Shown here one piece after another: positions 47,828-59,681 of a stretch of DNA of 64,000 bases (position 1 is the stretch's first letter; each line of letters begins with the position of its first letter). The translations under genes and the position numbers were made by a program. The notes under the pieces are model-generated. The model did no database searches and was not told the DNA's origin. It was given only the letters and a program-made list of their open reading frames with translations. This DNA is from Dimorphilus gyrociliatus. Taxonomy: Eukaryota > Animalia > Annelida. The stretch is taken from assembly GCA_904063045.1 (NCBI GenBank), contig CAJFCJ010000006.1:1527601-1591600 (forward strand), written 5' to 3'.

Positions 47828-50092
47828 TCATAAACTTAACTTTTCCATGCCACCAACTGCCCCTTTTTCGTCACTTTCTAAAACTTTCTCCTTTTCAAGT
47901 TTATCGCTTCGCTTTAATTCACAAGCTAATTTATAAGGCGGATTTATAGGTTTCTGTGTGGGTTGTCTATAAACATACTCGTCCTGAAAACAAGATGGTC
48001 TGTTAATATATCGTTTTTATTTTTTTTTAAATAACCAAACAATTCCCTAGTGTACAACTAAGTGTCTATTCAATCAATAAGTTATTTAACTTTCGGAAGT
48101 AGACCATTAAGATTGTATTTACCTCCAAGGGATACGTCATATCAGCGTCGTATCCGCTCAAGTCTCCACAGGCAATAAAAGGTGTAATTAGCCTATTAGA
48201 ACCTTCCAAGCTGTTTGTATCGTCTAAAAAATAGTCTCCTTTTAAATTATACCGAAACCAGACAAGCTCGTTTACGAACCATATTTTTGATCCAATAGAG
48301 GATTCAGCATATTCGGAGTATAATCATCCGGAGGTGAGTAATTTTGACAAACGACAAAAGATTCTGTTGATAGAGAGAAAAAATAGTTATTAGATAAAAT
48401 ACAATCCAAACTATAATCTGTGTAATTAACATAGCTAGCCCATCAACGATTTTTGACATTTTTGTAGCTAAATAAACGTACACAGAATTAGGTATCCAAT
48501 CCTTGTGTAAATATTCATGATAGATATTCTATGTTTAAATATAGATATGTACTTTACATACTATATAATATGCTTTGGATTCTTAATCTTCCTACGCAAT
48601 CTCCCCTATGTAAAGCAATGTAATTTATAAAGTTGAAATTTATTCAAATCATTATATTACTAGAGATCCATATTTACGTACAATGTTGTTATATGTTTAC
48701 GAATCTTAGGATCATTGAATTAATTAGCGCATTGTCACAGTAAGACGATGAATAATTAATCTTTAAGTTAAAACACGCAATGGAATTTCAGATGTAACAC
48801 TTTTTCATTCCCTATATTTTGCATTTATACAGCATACCTAGATATTTGCGAAATTAATCTTCATGATTTTACATACTCTTTGTTAAGTAAATCTAGACAG
48901 ACACAGATCTTTCCAACAGTCTGTTATTGAAAAATGAATTTACTTCGATATTACGCTTCAAAGGTGTGTTATAAAGCTTTCAATATAAGAATGATTATGT
49001 TACAAATACTGTTATGGAATATTCTAATATACTGTATATATGTATGTATATATATATATATATATACTGTATATGTTCGTAGCACTCTTTGAAAGAGAAA
49101 TTTTAAAGAGTGATATAATCTGCACATTCTTTTCCAAGTAAAAATTCATATTTTGAAAGAATATAAGGAAAAATTCAAACCTATACTAGAATTGCGGCTA
49201 CTCCTTGGTTTAGCGATTGTAACCAGGGGAAAGAAAATTTTTAATTGAGAGTATAACAGGCTAACATCTTTCCCTCTGAATATCTGCAAAAAGTTGAATC
49301 AATTTATAGACACGTTTTCACCTCAATATTGTTTAATCTTATTAATTTACTTTTGCCACGAATGTTCCAGACTTTTTCAAAACATGCGTTGTTATATTTA
49401 GAGCCTGGAAAATAGGAAGAATTTTTATAATTCTTTTAGATAATCATCACTAGTTGCTAAATTAAATATATAAATATATTTATGCTAACAGCTAATAATA
49501 ATTGTGCCTGTATGTATTCATCAATATCGTGCAGGCCCGTAACTGCAGTATTTGAAAAAAGCGAAATAAGTAATTTGCTACATATAAATACTTTTTATCT
49601 TTAATACGTGCCATCTGGAGCCCCATCGCATACTACCAAATCGGCTTTTTCCCCTTCAAAATGGCTTGTTATTTTCTTTGCTGTTGATAATTTGGTAATA
49701 TCTCCTTGAATTTGCTCAACTCCGGGAATAGGGGCCATAGCTTGTAAATCAACAGCTATAATTTTAGCATCGTCATTCTGTGGTTCTATTCTGTTTAATG
49801 GAAAATACTAAGTAAACCTAAATAGCTTAAGATAACTGCTACCTAATCTTCTTAGCCAACACCTGACTCCAGCTACCTGGGGCAGCACATAAGTCAACAA
49901 CATGACTAACATCTGCGAAGTATAACAACTTTAAAGTACAATTTAATCAATTCTGGAGGAAGAAATTGTACCTTTAAATATATTAAATTCTTCGTCAATT
50001 TGTAATAGCTTGAAAGCGCTTCGAGCCCTCCACCCCTCTTCTTTTGCCAAACGATAGTATATATCACGTTTGTCTTTTGACGAACGACCCAT
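47828..50092 (-). CDS. FTSJ1: tRNA (cytidine32/guanosine34-2'-O)-methyltransferase (Trm7/FTSJ1), 306 aa
   Basis: Exons 49972-50092, 49843-49912, 49612-49790, 49490-49542, 49351-49404, 49181-49283, 48280-48363, 48123-48223, 47828-47983 (921 nt, in frame). [85 protein letters not shown]. Not resolved by the ORF track. Confidence 0.95.
49029..49072. repeat. TA-rich microsatellite bracketed by two ATACTGTAT motifs
   Basis: atactgtatatatgtatgtatatatatatatatatatactgtat read directly. Confidence 0.85.
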
Positions 50093-50540
50093 TCTTTAAT
50101 TTCTATAGGTAGGAATCGTAGTAAAAGTGAATTAGACGGAATCATAAAAATTATAAAAATATAAATAATCTAGTTAGGTGCAAAGTTCCGTGATGTTTAA
50201 CATACATTTCTGCTTTAGAAAAGTCCAATTAAGAAAAGTGATAAATGGCGTGGGGAAGTTACGTAATTTTTTATTCGAAATTGGAGGATAAATAGAAACA
50301 CGTTGGTTTTACCAAACACGACTTTAGATTCCAATATTCGCGGTGTCCATAATAAAATGTGGTTACCTGTATAAATTCAAATATCCCCCAATTTTCATTT
50401 AACTATGCTTTTAATACAATAGTATTTTGCGAAATGCGATACAATATTTTTAGGGGTTTTTATTTCTAGTTCGAAATTAGATTTATTAATTAAAGTGAAC
50501 TATTGACTCTTTACCGCGGTTGTCGACCTGTACACCCAGA
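50093..50540. promoter_or_regulatory. Bidirectional promoter FTSJ1/eIF4G
   Basis: Divergent genes; AAATGGCG YY1-like site near 50243; pyrimidine-rich CTCTTT (TCT-like) just before the first eIF4G exon (about 50506). Confidence 0.55.
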
Positions 50541-50781
50541 ATGCAATTTTCGTGGAGACTTCCGCCTCCGAGCAAGGTAGCCATATTTCTTACTTCGAAT
50601 ACAAAATCCTCAAATATCTTCTGCATTGCGTAATGCTTTATGCAGTTTACTGATGTAGAGGAAAAACTATTGGCTATTTAGCAATAACATGCTCTGATTA
50701 TTCGTTTCAACAGATAAACAAGCAGCTTACTAACGTCCTGTAAGAATAGCAGGACCGAGAAGCATTCTGTCTGATTTTGTC

Positions 50782-53700
50782 ATGCTACAAAATCCTAATC
50801 AAACAAGAAAACCAGTGTCTGCACCTGTTCCAATACCGAGAAATCCTCAACCGAACGCCATATTTTTAGAAGGGTGAGTATACATGGACTTTTCAGACCT
50901 GAACGAATCTAAGTTTATGTATAAGGATTGCTAAGGCTGTAGCTAGCTCATCGGTGACCATATAAGAACTGCCTCAATATGAGTGAATCGCAATTAAAAA
51001 GTCGAGTTTTTTAAAGCTTGAGTTCTATTAAGCATTTACGGTGAAAGTACTAAAAAGAGTCACGTGGTCGCCATATTGCAGTTACGGCCTCAGATCTTTA
51101 ATGATAATGATTTCGTCGGAGGATATGTTCTGCAATTTCACAGCATACAATGATGGGGATTATAACTGTTGGTGAGTCAGATGAGTCAATACTTTTAGGC
51201 CTGGTTATTCATATTTTTGATAAAAGATTAATATTAAGTGAGCTCGAGAATATTTGTCTAATAAAACGAAATGGCTCGTTGAACTTTGTTTACGCGGGAT
51301 GACGTAAATTAACTCGTCCCCCATTCATTTGGTGACGCGCATAATTAAGGGGCCATCGTAATCCAATAGGGGCAAAACAATAGGGCTTGATTGCAGGGCG
51401 ACTCCAATTATGTAACCACTGGGCGCCACATGGCTATGTAATGTATACTATAAACTTTCCATCATTTCCTACGACCTTTCGTAGTTCATTCACGGGTTCG
51501 TTCAGCGTCTGAAAAGATGCTCGAACACCAAATATCTTATCGCAATCATGTTTACAGGCTTAAGTCGGCTGGACAAGTTCCCCAAGTAAACAGAGGTAAA
51601 AACAATTTTTTAAGTTCTGTCTCTTTAATATTACATAAGTGTAAAATATGTAAATAGGACCAGAGAAGCCAACAAACGTTCACACGAGCCAACAGGCAAA
51701 CTACAACATTTCAGTAAGTTATATTTTTATTTGATTTTATTTGTTTTGCATTTAAATGATGACTTAGTTATCCCTGTCCGATTTTAAATTCACTATGAGG
51801 TAACAATTACGTACTGAGCAGTTATATCATATAAAATTGCTATCATTTGGAAATATTTCGATTTACATGGTAATTTTCTTTACAGTTTGGCACCAACTCC
51901 AATCCAAGTCAGATTCAACCGTCAGTTAGTGGCTCATCACAAGTAGAAGGCGGGGGGTCGGTTGGCGGCCAAGTAGGGCAACCCTACAGTATGCAAATGT
52001 ACTCCGGTGCTGCTCCTCCTCCACGATCGAACCATCCTATTCCTCAAGTAAGTTCCTTCTCTTTATTTAGAGTAAAACACGCTTCATTAATTTGCGAAGT
52101 GTGAGTGTGGTGATTGTTCACTGAGAGTTTGACAATTTGCATCAGGTGTTGCCGTCTATAAAATCTTGGGTGAGACTTCAAATTTTTTCACTTATCCCGT
52201 AGATGCTTTCGTTCGCTTAGTTTTGTCGTTGTTTACAATTCTGTTTAAAAAATAATAATGTATGAATATCTTAGGATTGTTCGAATGAAAAACTTACAAA
52301 TCGCTTACTTAGTTTATAAAAAACTGCAATTTTTTTGTCACTAAGTAAATCAAATTTTGTCATAAAATGTTAGCTAGACAAATTAACAATAATTTACTTT
52401 TCAGAGGTTCGTTAATCCAAATGCTGGTTCAGGGAGTGGAGGAAATCGGGGACAGCGTCAGCCAGCTCAAACGTACCCTCCTCCTCAGCAGCAACAGCAG
52501 CCTGGTTTTATGGTACCTTCACCTTTTATTCAACCAGCACAGATATTTATCCCACAACAAGCGACTTATATCCAAAATACACATCGTATGCATAACCCAA
52601 ATCAGCAGCCCCAACAATATATTCAGCAGCAAGTACAGTATCCTCAAAATTACGTTAGCAGTAATTCCCAACCGCAGCAATTGCCATACATGAATCAGCC
52701 TTATCAGTCCAATTCGTACACTCAACCTAACCAGCAACATCAATCTGTTGTTAGCCATGTAACATCGACGCAACCGCAAAACAATCCCTATCAACAGCCT
52801 GCTCAACATCAAATGCTTGTGCAAAATCCGCCTCAACAACCCCAGCAAAGGGAGAAAAAAATAATACGGATAATAGATCCTTCTACTGGAAAAACACTTA
52901 ACGACGAAATTAGAACAAATCGAATGTCTTCGCTTTCTGTCACCTCCACGAATCAAGTGGAAGAAGTCAAAGATCAAACTACTGAAGTTGCTGATGATAC
53001 AAAGAGTAAAGTTTGTCAAGAATTTGCAGCCTTAGTAGCAGCCCGGTGCAAAACCGATCAACCTCAGACAAGTCAAACCGAAGATTCCAAAAGTGAAGAA
53101 TTAGCAAAGAATGAAGAAGAAGCAGAAGAAGAAGTAATAGTAGTTGAAAAACCTGAGGAGCCAAAAGTGGAGGAGAAGCTTGAAGAAACTAAGGAAGCAG
53201 TCACTGTTGAGCCTGAGGAAAAGCCAGATGAAGAAGTAAAACCTGAAGAACAAGAAACAATAGTGGAAGAAAAACCGGAGAAGACAATTGAGGAGAAGTC
53301 ATCCGAAACTGAAGATAAAGATAGTAAGTTTTATTACAGTGTCGTTTGGAAACTTTTCAATGTCTATATTTGAGTTTGTTGCGCTCGTTGACTGTATAGC
53401 GTCGTGTAAAATTCCGATTCCGGCGGCTCAGACACCGTCGGCTAAACAGCATTCAAAGAAAAAGAAGAAAAATGGTAAGTGAATCAGTGAATAAGCCGGA
53501 AGTATAGAATCCTCGCTTCGTTTCCCTCTGCTTCTAAATATGCTTGGGATTTTTTACCTGCAGATATATTTTAGTGCATTTAAAAGTATATGTGTATTTA
53601 TGTATAGGAAGGATAAAAGAATTTAAAAACTTCAAATGTAATATGCGCATGTAATTAAACTACAATTATGTATTTCGAGTAAATTTATCTTTACAGTTTG

Positions 53701-56700
53701 TATATATACATATGTATATATGAATATATATAGAGATATTGAATAGGTCAAACATATACCGTACATATGCATGTTTGGCCTATTCGATCACGTGATGTGG
53801 TGGTGATGTAGCAGATGGTGTTTTTAGCCTATGGTGCGGCAGAGTACTCGATATAGCCGAGCGGCTGTTAGAGTCGAAGCTGTCGGCCGATAGACATATT
53901 TTTGTTGGGTTGTGTAGATGTTACTCAGGAGCGATATTATATGATATTAGTCAATCTTATACTACTTACTCGTCCGGTAAATGTGTCATTATAGAAGTTA
54001 AGTTCGAAGTTCCACATTATATTTGCTGATGGATTAGATAGTCATGGCGAGACGTACGTATAATATTTTCTAGGTGGTGTCACGTGATATTACAGAAAAG
54101 TAGGACGTATAAAAATGTGTTCGAACGAATTTTTAACACTTCGCTTTTTTTACCGTTGATATTCTGAGCAAAATTAAATGGCGTCCGACATTGAATTTTT
54201 CTCGTGTGTTTAAAAAGGTTCAAAAGGAAAGAAGGCTCGTAAGAATAAGGAACAGAATAGTCCTACAACGAATACTACCGGTGCTATTGCTGTCGACATT
54301 GAGATAAAACGGGAGGAACGACCTTCGGTAAGTTTCAATAAAAAACATCGTAGTTTCGAATTTCTTTCATTTCACAATGATTATGTACCTAAAGCTTTCT
54401 CCACCAACTTCCGAGATACCAGAAGAAATTAAGGCTTCTAGTTTGGTTGAAAGTAGTCCTGAAATAAACGATACAATTAAGAAAATTGAAGACGAAGTTT
54501 CTGAGGAAAATGGTGTCACACCATTGTCTGAATCTCCTCAGGTCGTTACGGAAGACGATTCCGAAAGCCAGGAAAAGCCTGTTGACGATGAAACAGAGGA
54601 CACTGATTTGCAAAGAAGCGACAGTGAAGAGCAGTCTACAGACCCGCCATCTTTAAAATATGATTATAAAGAAAATCAATGGAGTCCGTTGAATACTGAA
54701 GGAAAAAAACAGTATGATAGAGAGTTTTTGATGCGTTTACAGTATGATGATCTAAGTAAGAAGAAACCGGACGACTTGCCCAAACTAGACATAATCCTTA
54801 CCCAACCTATATGCAATGATCAATCAAATACATCAACCGGAATGGAAAGACAAGACTTTCTTCCATATTTCCAACAACAGACACTTACTTCTGGGAGAAT
54901 GTCTGGTTCAATGCACAGACAAAAGTCTAGAGATTTCAATAAAAATCGAGTTGAATCTAGAAAGGTAATCCAAATTTCTAGAGAAAAGGAGGTTCAGTTT
55001 GTGAGAACTGCGAACGCTTACAGACCCCACTATCTAGGTGATGGTTCTGATGAAGATAGGCATGATGAGCGGTTATTCAGAAACGTTAGGTCTATGTTGA
55101 ATAAGTTGACACCTCAAAACTTCAACAGTTTAATCAATAAATTTAAGGAGTTGGAAATTAACTCAGAATCTAGGATGGTTGGGGTCATTAAACTGATTTT
55201 TCAAAAGGCTATTGACGAGCCAGCATTTAGTGTAGCTTATGCCAATTTGTGTAAAAGTTTATCTAATATCCTAACGAATACTAAAATGCAATCCAAGGAG
55301 GGTAAAGAGTTTACGTTCAGATCTGGTTTGTTAAACCGCTGTCAAGAACAGTTTGAAAAGAATAGAAATGATGATGAAATTCTTGAGAAAAAGAGGGGTG
55401 AATTGGAACTGGCTGAAAGTCCAGAAAAACGAAAAGAACTCCTTATGGCTTTAGAAGAGCACGAAACTGTTTCGAAGAGGAAATATTTAGGAAATATTCG
55501 GTTTATAGGTGAACTGTTCAAACTAAAAATGCTAACTGAGAATATCATGCACGGATGTCTATTTGAATTGCTCAAATCTCACGATGAGGAAAAATTAGAA
55601 TGTTTATGTAAGTTAATGAAAACAATTGGCAAAGAATGCGATCATAAACAGGCAAAGCCTAGGATGGATCAGTATTTCACTCAAATGCAGAAAATTGTTG
55701 AACAAAAGAAAACCTGCTCTAGAGTTAGGTTTATGTTACAAGATGTTATTGAATTAAGAAAGAATATGTGGGTGCCAAGACGTGACGAAAATGCTCCCAA
55801 GACAATCGCACAAGTTCGTGAAGAAATGGAAAGGGAAGCTCAAGAAAAAGCTGTACATCTGAACGCAGCTGCTAATAACGCCTCTAAGAGGAGGTCTATT
55901 CCCAATATTGTCTCTGGAATGAATAGTAAGTAAATTTAAAAATTGTTACACATTATTTTGAATTTACATTAAATCTTTCAGATCGTCACAGTGCTAGTGG
56001 TCCAAATGTGGGTGATGATTCTGGATGGCATAATGTCCAACACAGATATAACTCACAGAGAGCTAACGAAATGGACCGAAGCAGAATGATGAATATTGCT
56101 TCCCAACATAGTAATAAAATGACTGATGGTAATATTCAATTGGGACCTAGCAAAGCTGGCTGGGGAAGAGGAGCAAGCGGTGGACGCTCTCATAATAGTA
56201 GTCAAGACGACACATCTACAACCTCTGGAGCAAACAAGTTTTCTGTTTTACAGCAACATGATGAATTAAGACCTGCCGCTCATATTAAAGGTGCTAGTCG
56301 ATCGGCTCAACTTCCACCTAGACATCAAAGTAAATTTAGCGGACAATCAAGAGGACTTAATTCCAGACCAAGTGCTGAGCAAGAACGTGGCAAGAGGGAA
56401 GCCTTGGAAATGGCAAGAACAGTGGCAACTCCACCAAGGGGCAATAGCAGAGAATCAAGTAGAAGTAGAAGTGGTCAGCGTGCTCCAATTGATAAGGCCA
56501 CATCAGCCGTATCTGTAGAGGTACCGGAGATGTCTGATGATGAGTTGGAGAGAAGAATTAAGACTTTGGTAGATGAATATATACAAGTACACGACTTAAG
56601 TGATACTAAGGAATATGTTAAGGAAATGTTAAGAGCAAACGTTAAATCCGACTCTATTGTCAATAAGATTCTCCTTAGTGTTTTAGAGCGTTCGACTGAA

Positions 56701-57803
56701 GCTCGACGAACTATCGGTGATATGTTAAACACGCTGATGAAGGATACCGAGTGTATTGTAAATGCTCAGTGTTTTACCGCAGCTTTGGAATCAATTTTGG
56801 AATTTGCCGAAGATATGGAAATTGATGTTCCTAAAATATGGGGATACATTGCTGAATTAATTTCTCCTACTGTTGCTTACAAAGCTGTTCAGTTGACAAA
56901 CATTTTTGAAGCCTGTCTGCCAATGCGAAACCAAAATAGTAGTAAAACAGGGGAACTGTTTGCTGCACTATTGCACCAATGTGCCTCTATGATTGGGCCT
57001 AGCGAAGTTTACAATATGTGGCAGAAATCAGACTTAAAATGGGAAGATATTGTTCAGAATGTAGATACATTTATTAATGATAATCAATTGGAGTTTACCA
57101 TTACTGGAGGAAGGAGTAGAAACAGCAGCGAAATGCGACCAGTTAAAGAATTGTCAAATGGCATACGAGGTATTTTTAGATTGAGCAAAGCAGAGGAAAT
57201 GTTTGCTTGGATTGAGGTGTGTACTGATTTTCATATACATAACAAGTTTTTAGGCCAATGTGATGATTCATCCATCTGAGCAATATTTTTTTACACTGAT
57301 ATCAAAATTCCTCGTTTCTGACCACCTGTATACTTTACATAAAATTCTTTTTTTCGTATAAGAATGACTAATTATTTTTTTGTTTGATATAGGATAACGT
57401 TACCGAAGAAGGTGCAAAAAGTGAAGAATTTATAAGGAATTTGGTTTATGGTTTGTGCGAAGTTTGCACAGTTGGTTATGGCGCAAAAGCTCAATTTGAC
57501 AAAAATAGATACAAAGAAGAATATAAAGCGATACTTCAGAAGTATCTGGACTCTGATAAGGAACGAATGGAAAGATCGGCTCTGCTAGCTGTACAAAAAT
57601 TTTCAAACGACTTAGAACATCCACCTAATTTGTTTGAAACAGTAATGGAACATTTATATGATGACGATTTGATATCTGAGGAGGCTGTACTTGCTTGGGA
57701 TAAGGATGACAATAATGAACCTGGTTTTGGAGTGTGCAGGGCTGGTTCCCAAAGATTCGTTGATTGGTTAAAGAGTCCAAATGACAATGACGAAAGTAGG
57801 TAA
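50782..57803 (+). CDS. EIF4G: Eukaryotic translation initiation factor 4 gamma (about 1542 aa for isoform A)
   Basis: Exons 50782-50873, 51558-51595, 51658-51713, 51886-52047, 52405-53323, 53400-53474, 54218-54327, 54395-55925, 55982-57216, 57393-57803 (4629 nt, in frame). PABP-binding REKKIIRIIDP, eIF4E-binding KKQYDREFLMRLQ (YxxxxLphi), MIF4G (LNKLTPQNF, KAIDEPAFS..YA, GNIRFIGELFK), MA3, W2 with C-terminal FVDWL. Confidence 0.96.
52146..52169 (+). CDS. Candidate eIF4G microexon (24 nt, VLPSIKSW)
   Basis: tttgacaatttgcatcag|GTG...TGG|GTGAGA; phase 0-0; TGC at -8..-6 of the 3' splice site. Confidence 0.6.
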
Positions 57804-58048
57804 TGGGCAAAATATAATAGGCAATTTTCAATTTTTTACGGCTGCTGTTGGGGAATTAAATTTATAATTTGCTCATATTTGGGTTAAAAGACTATTTTGA
57901 CGCTTTTCGACACTGTGATTGAACTTTGTTGGCGCTGCTGTTTTCTTCGCATAAAACGATTCAAGTAATTTGATTTAGTTAAATGTTACTAAATTAATTC
58001 ATAGTAAACGTATAAACTTATTGCGAGTATTATGAAATCTATATACAG

Positions 58049-58050
<2 letters not shown>

Positions 58051-58080
<30 letters not shown>
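58051..58080. repeat. (TA)15 microsatellite
   Basis: Direct read. Confidence 0.95.
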
Positions 58081-58084
<4 letters not shown>

Positions 58085-59681
58085 CACATACATTATAATG
58101 AAAAATAAAACTTATTTATGACAAAAATGTGATGTAAATTAAAGTGATTTTAGGTGGTTGATAAAACCGTAATATCAGATACATTTAAAGCCACACTGCG
58201 TTCTACATTTAGTTTTAGAACGTGATGACCCTTCAAAAGGATGTCAAATACATAGAATTTGTAACCTTTTTATGGATATCTTATCGTTTAGAAGATGTAC
58301 ATACACTCTAGCGTCATTTTGCGAAGTGGCGAGCAATAAAAAATACACCTACCTTTCATATTATACATACGAGTTTGTTTGCATTGTCAATTTATCGAAC
58401 AAATTAGTTCAAGTACCAGAGATAATATCTGACAAATTGACTTGACAGGTAGCTTTGAAATAGTCCAGGCATTCATTGTATCCCGAAATAAATTCTCATA
58501 ATCGATTACAAATATAGCGTTGTAGCATCTAACATTCTACTTCTTGATATATGAGAAACCAATTAAAATTACTCAAGTAAATTGAACTGATTCACCCGGC
58601 CATAAGGAAATTTAAATCCTACAGTTTTATTAAAGTATAAAACAACTACATTATTTAATTTCATTTAATATTTCCTTTGAACTATTGGATTTAAAATAAA
58701 TAGGTCAGCAAAAAATTGTATTATTTTTTGTACGAATGTTAGTCAATTCAGAATTTCGTTTTATATAAGTTATACATTATTTTCTGGATTGTACAGTTAT
58801 TCAAAATATCTTGTCCAAAGGGGCGAAACTATTAAAATAACGCGACATTTCCCAGAAATTCTATGACGTTAACAATTTTCAAAATAGTTGAATCGTTTAA
58901 AAATATACTTCGATTTTTTTCATTAAATAGATAAAAATTCTTAATATACCTATATACTGTACATTTTGTCTGTTTTTATAACATTATGTTTATACTGTAT
59001 ATACAGAATATATATATATATAAATATATATGTTCAAGGTTTCTCCGTGTCACTTCCGTCTACATGAGATTATTTATATTAAGGATATTTTTTATAGAGA
59101 ATAACATATTTTACATATTAGATAAGATTTGAATTCTTAGTTATGTTCCGTGGCAAACAACAATAAAAAACTCATAACGTTATATTCTATTTTATATTGT
59201 AACAAACGCATTTCGTTTTCGAAAGCTGAATCGAAATAATATTGTTATATTAATTTTATAACAATTATAAAGGTCAGAAGTGTGATTAAAGATTAACAAA
59301 CAAATCATTAACATATGTAATAGACGTAAACAGCATTACAGTCTAATAAAATATGTTCTGAATACATGTTTAAATGTTATATCTGATAATTGTGTACGAG
59401 GGATAATTTAAATCTCTTCCCAGTATAACTCTCCCTCTGTGTGTCTGCCTATCTGTCTATATCTCGCCATACTGTATAGATATACTGTATATGCATATAG
59501 GCACTCTAATTTAATCAATACAATTCCAACATCACGTTTTTTTATTATAACTAAACAAAAGATAATACGTTAATTAGTGAAATAATACATATTTTCTAAT
59601 CCTGCTAAACGGGTTAGATTTCTTCATATACAAAAAAAATACAACATTACAAACTGCAAGAAAAACAATGCAACATAATTT

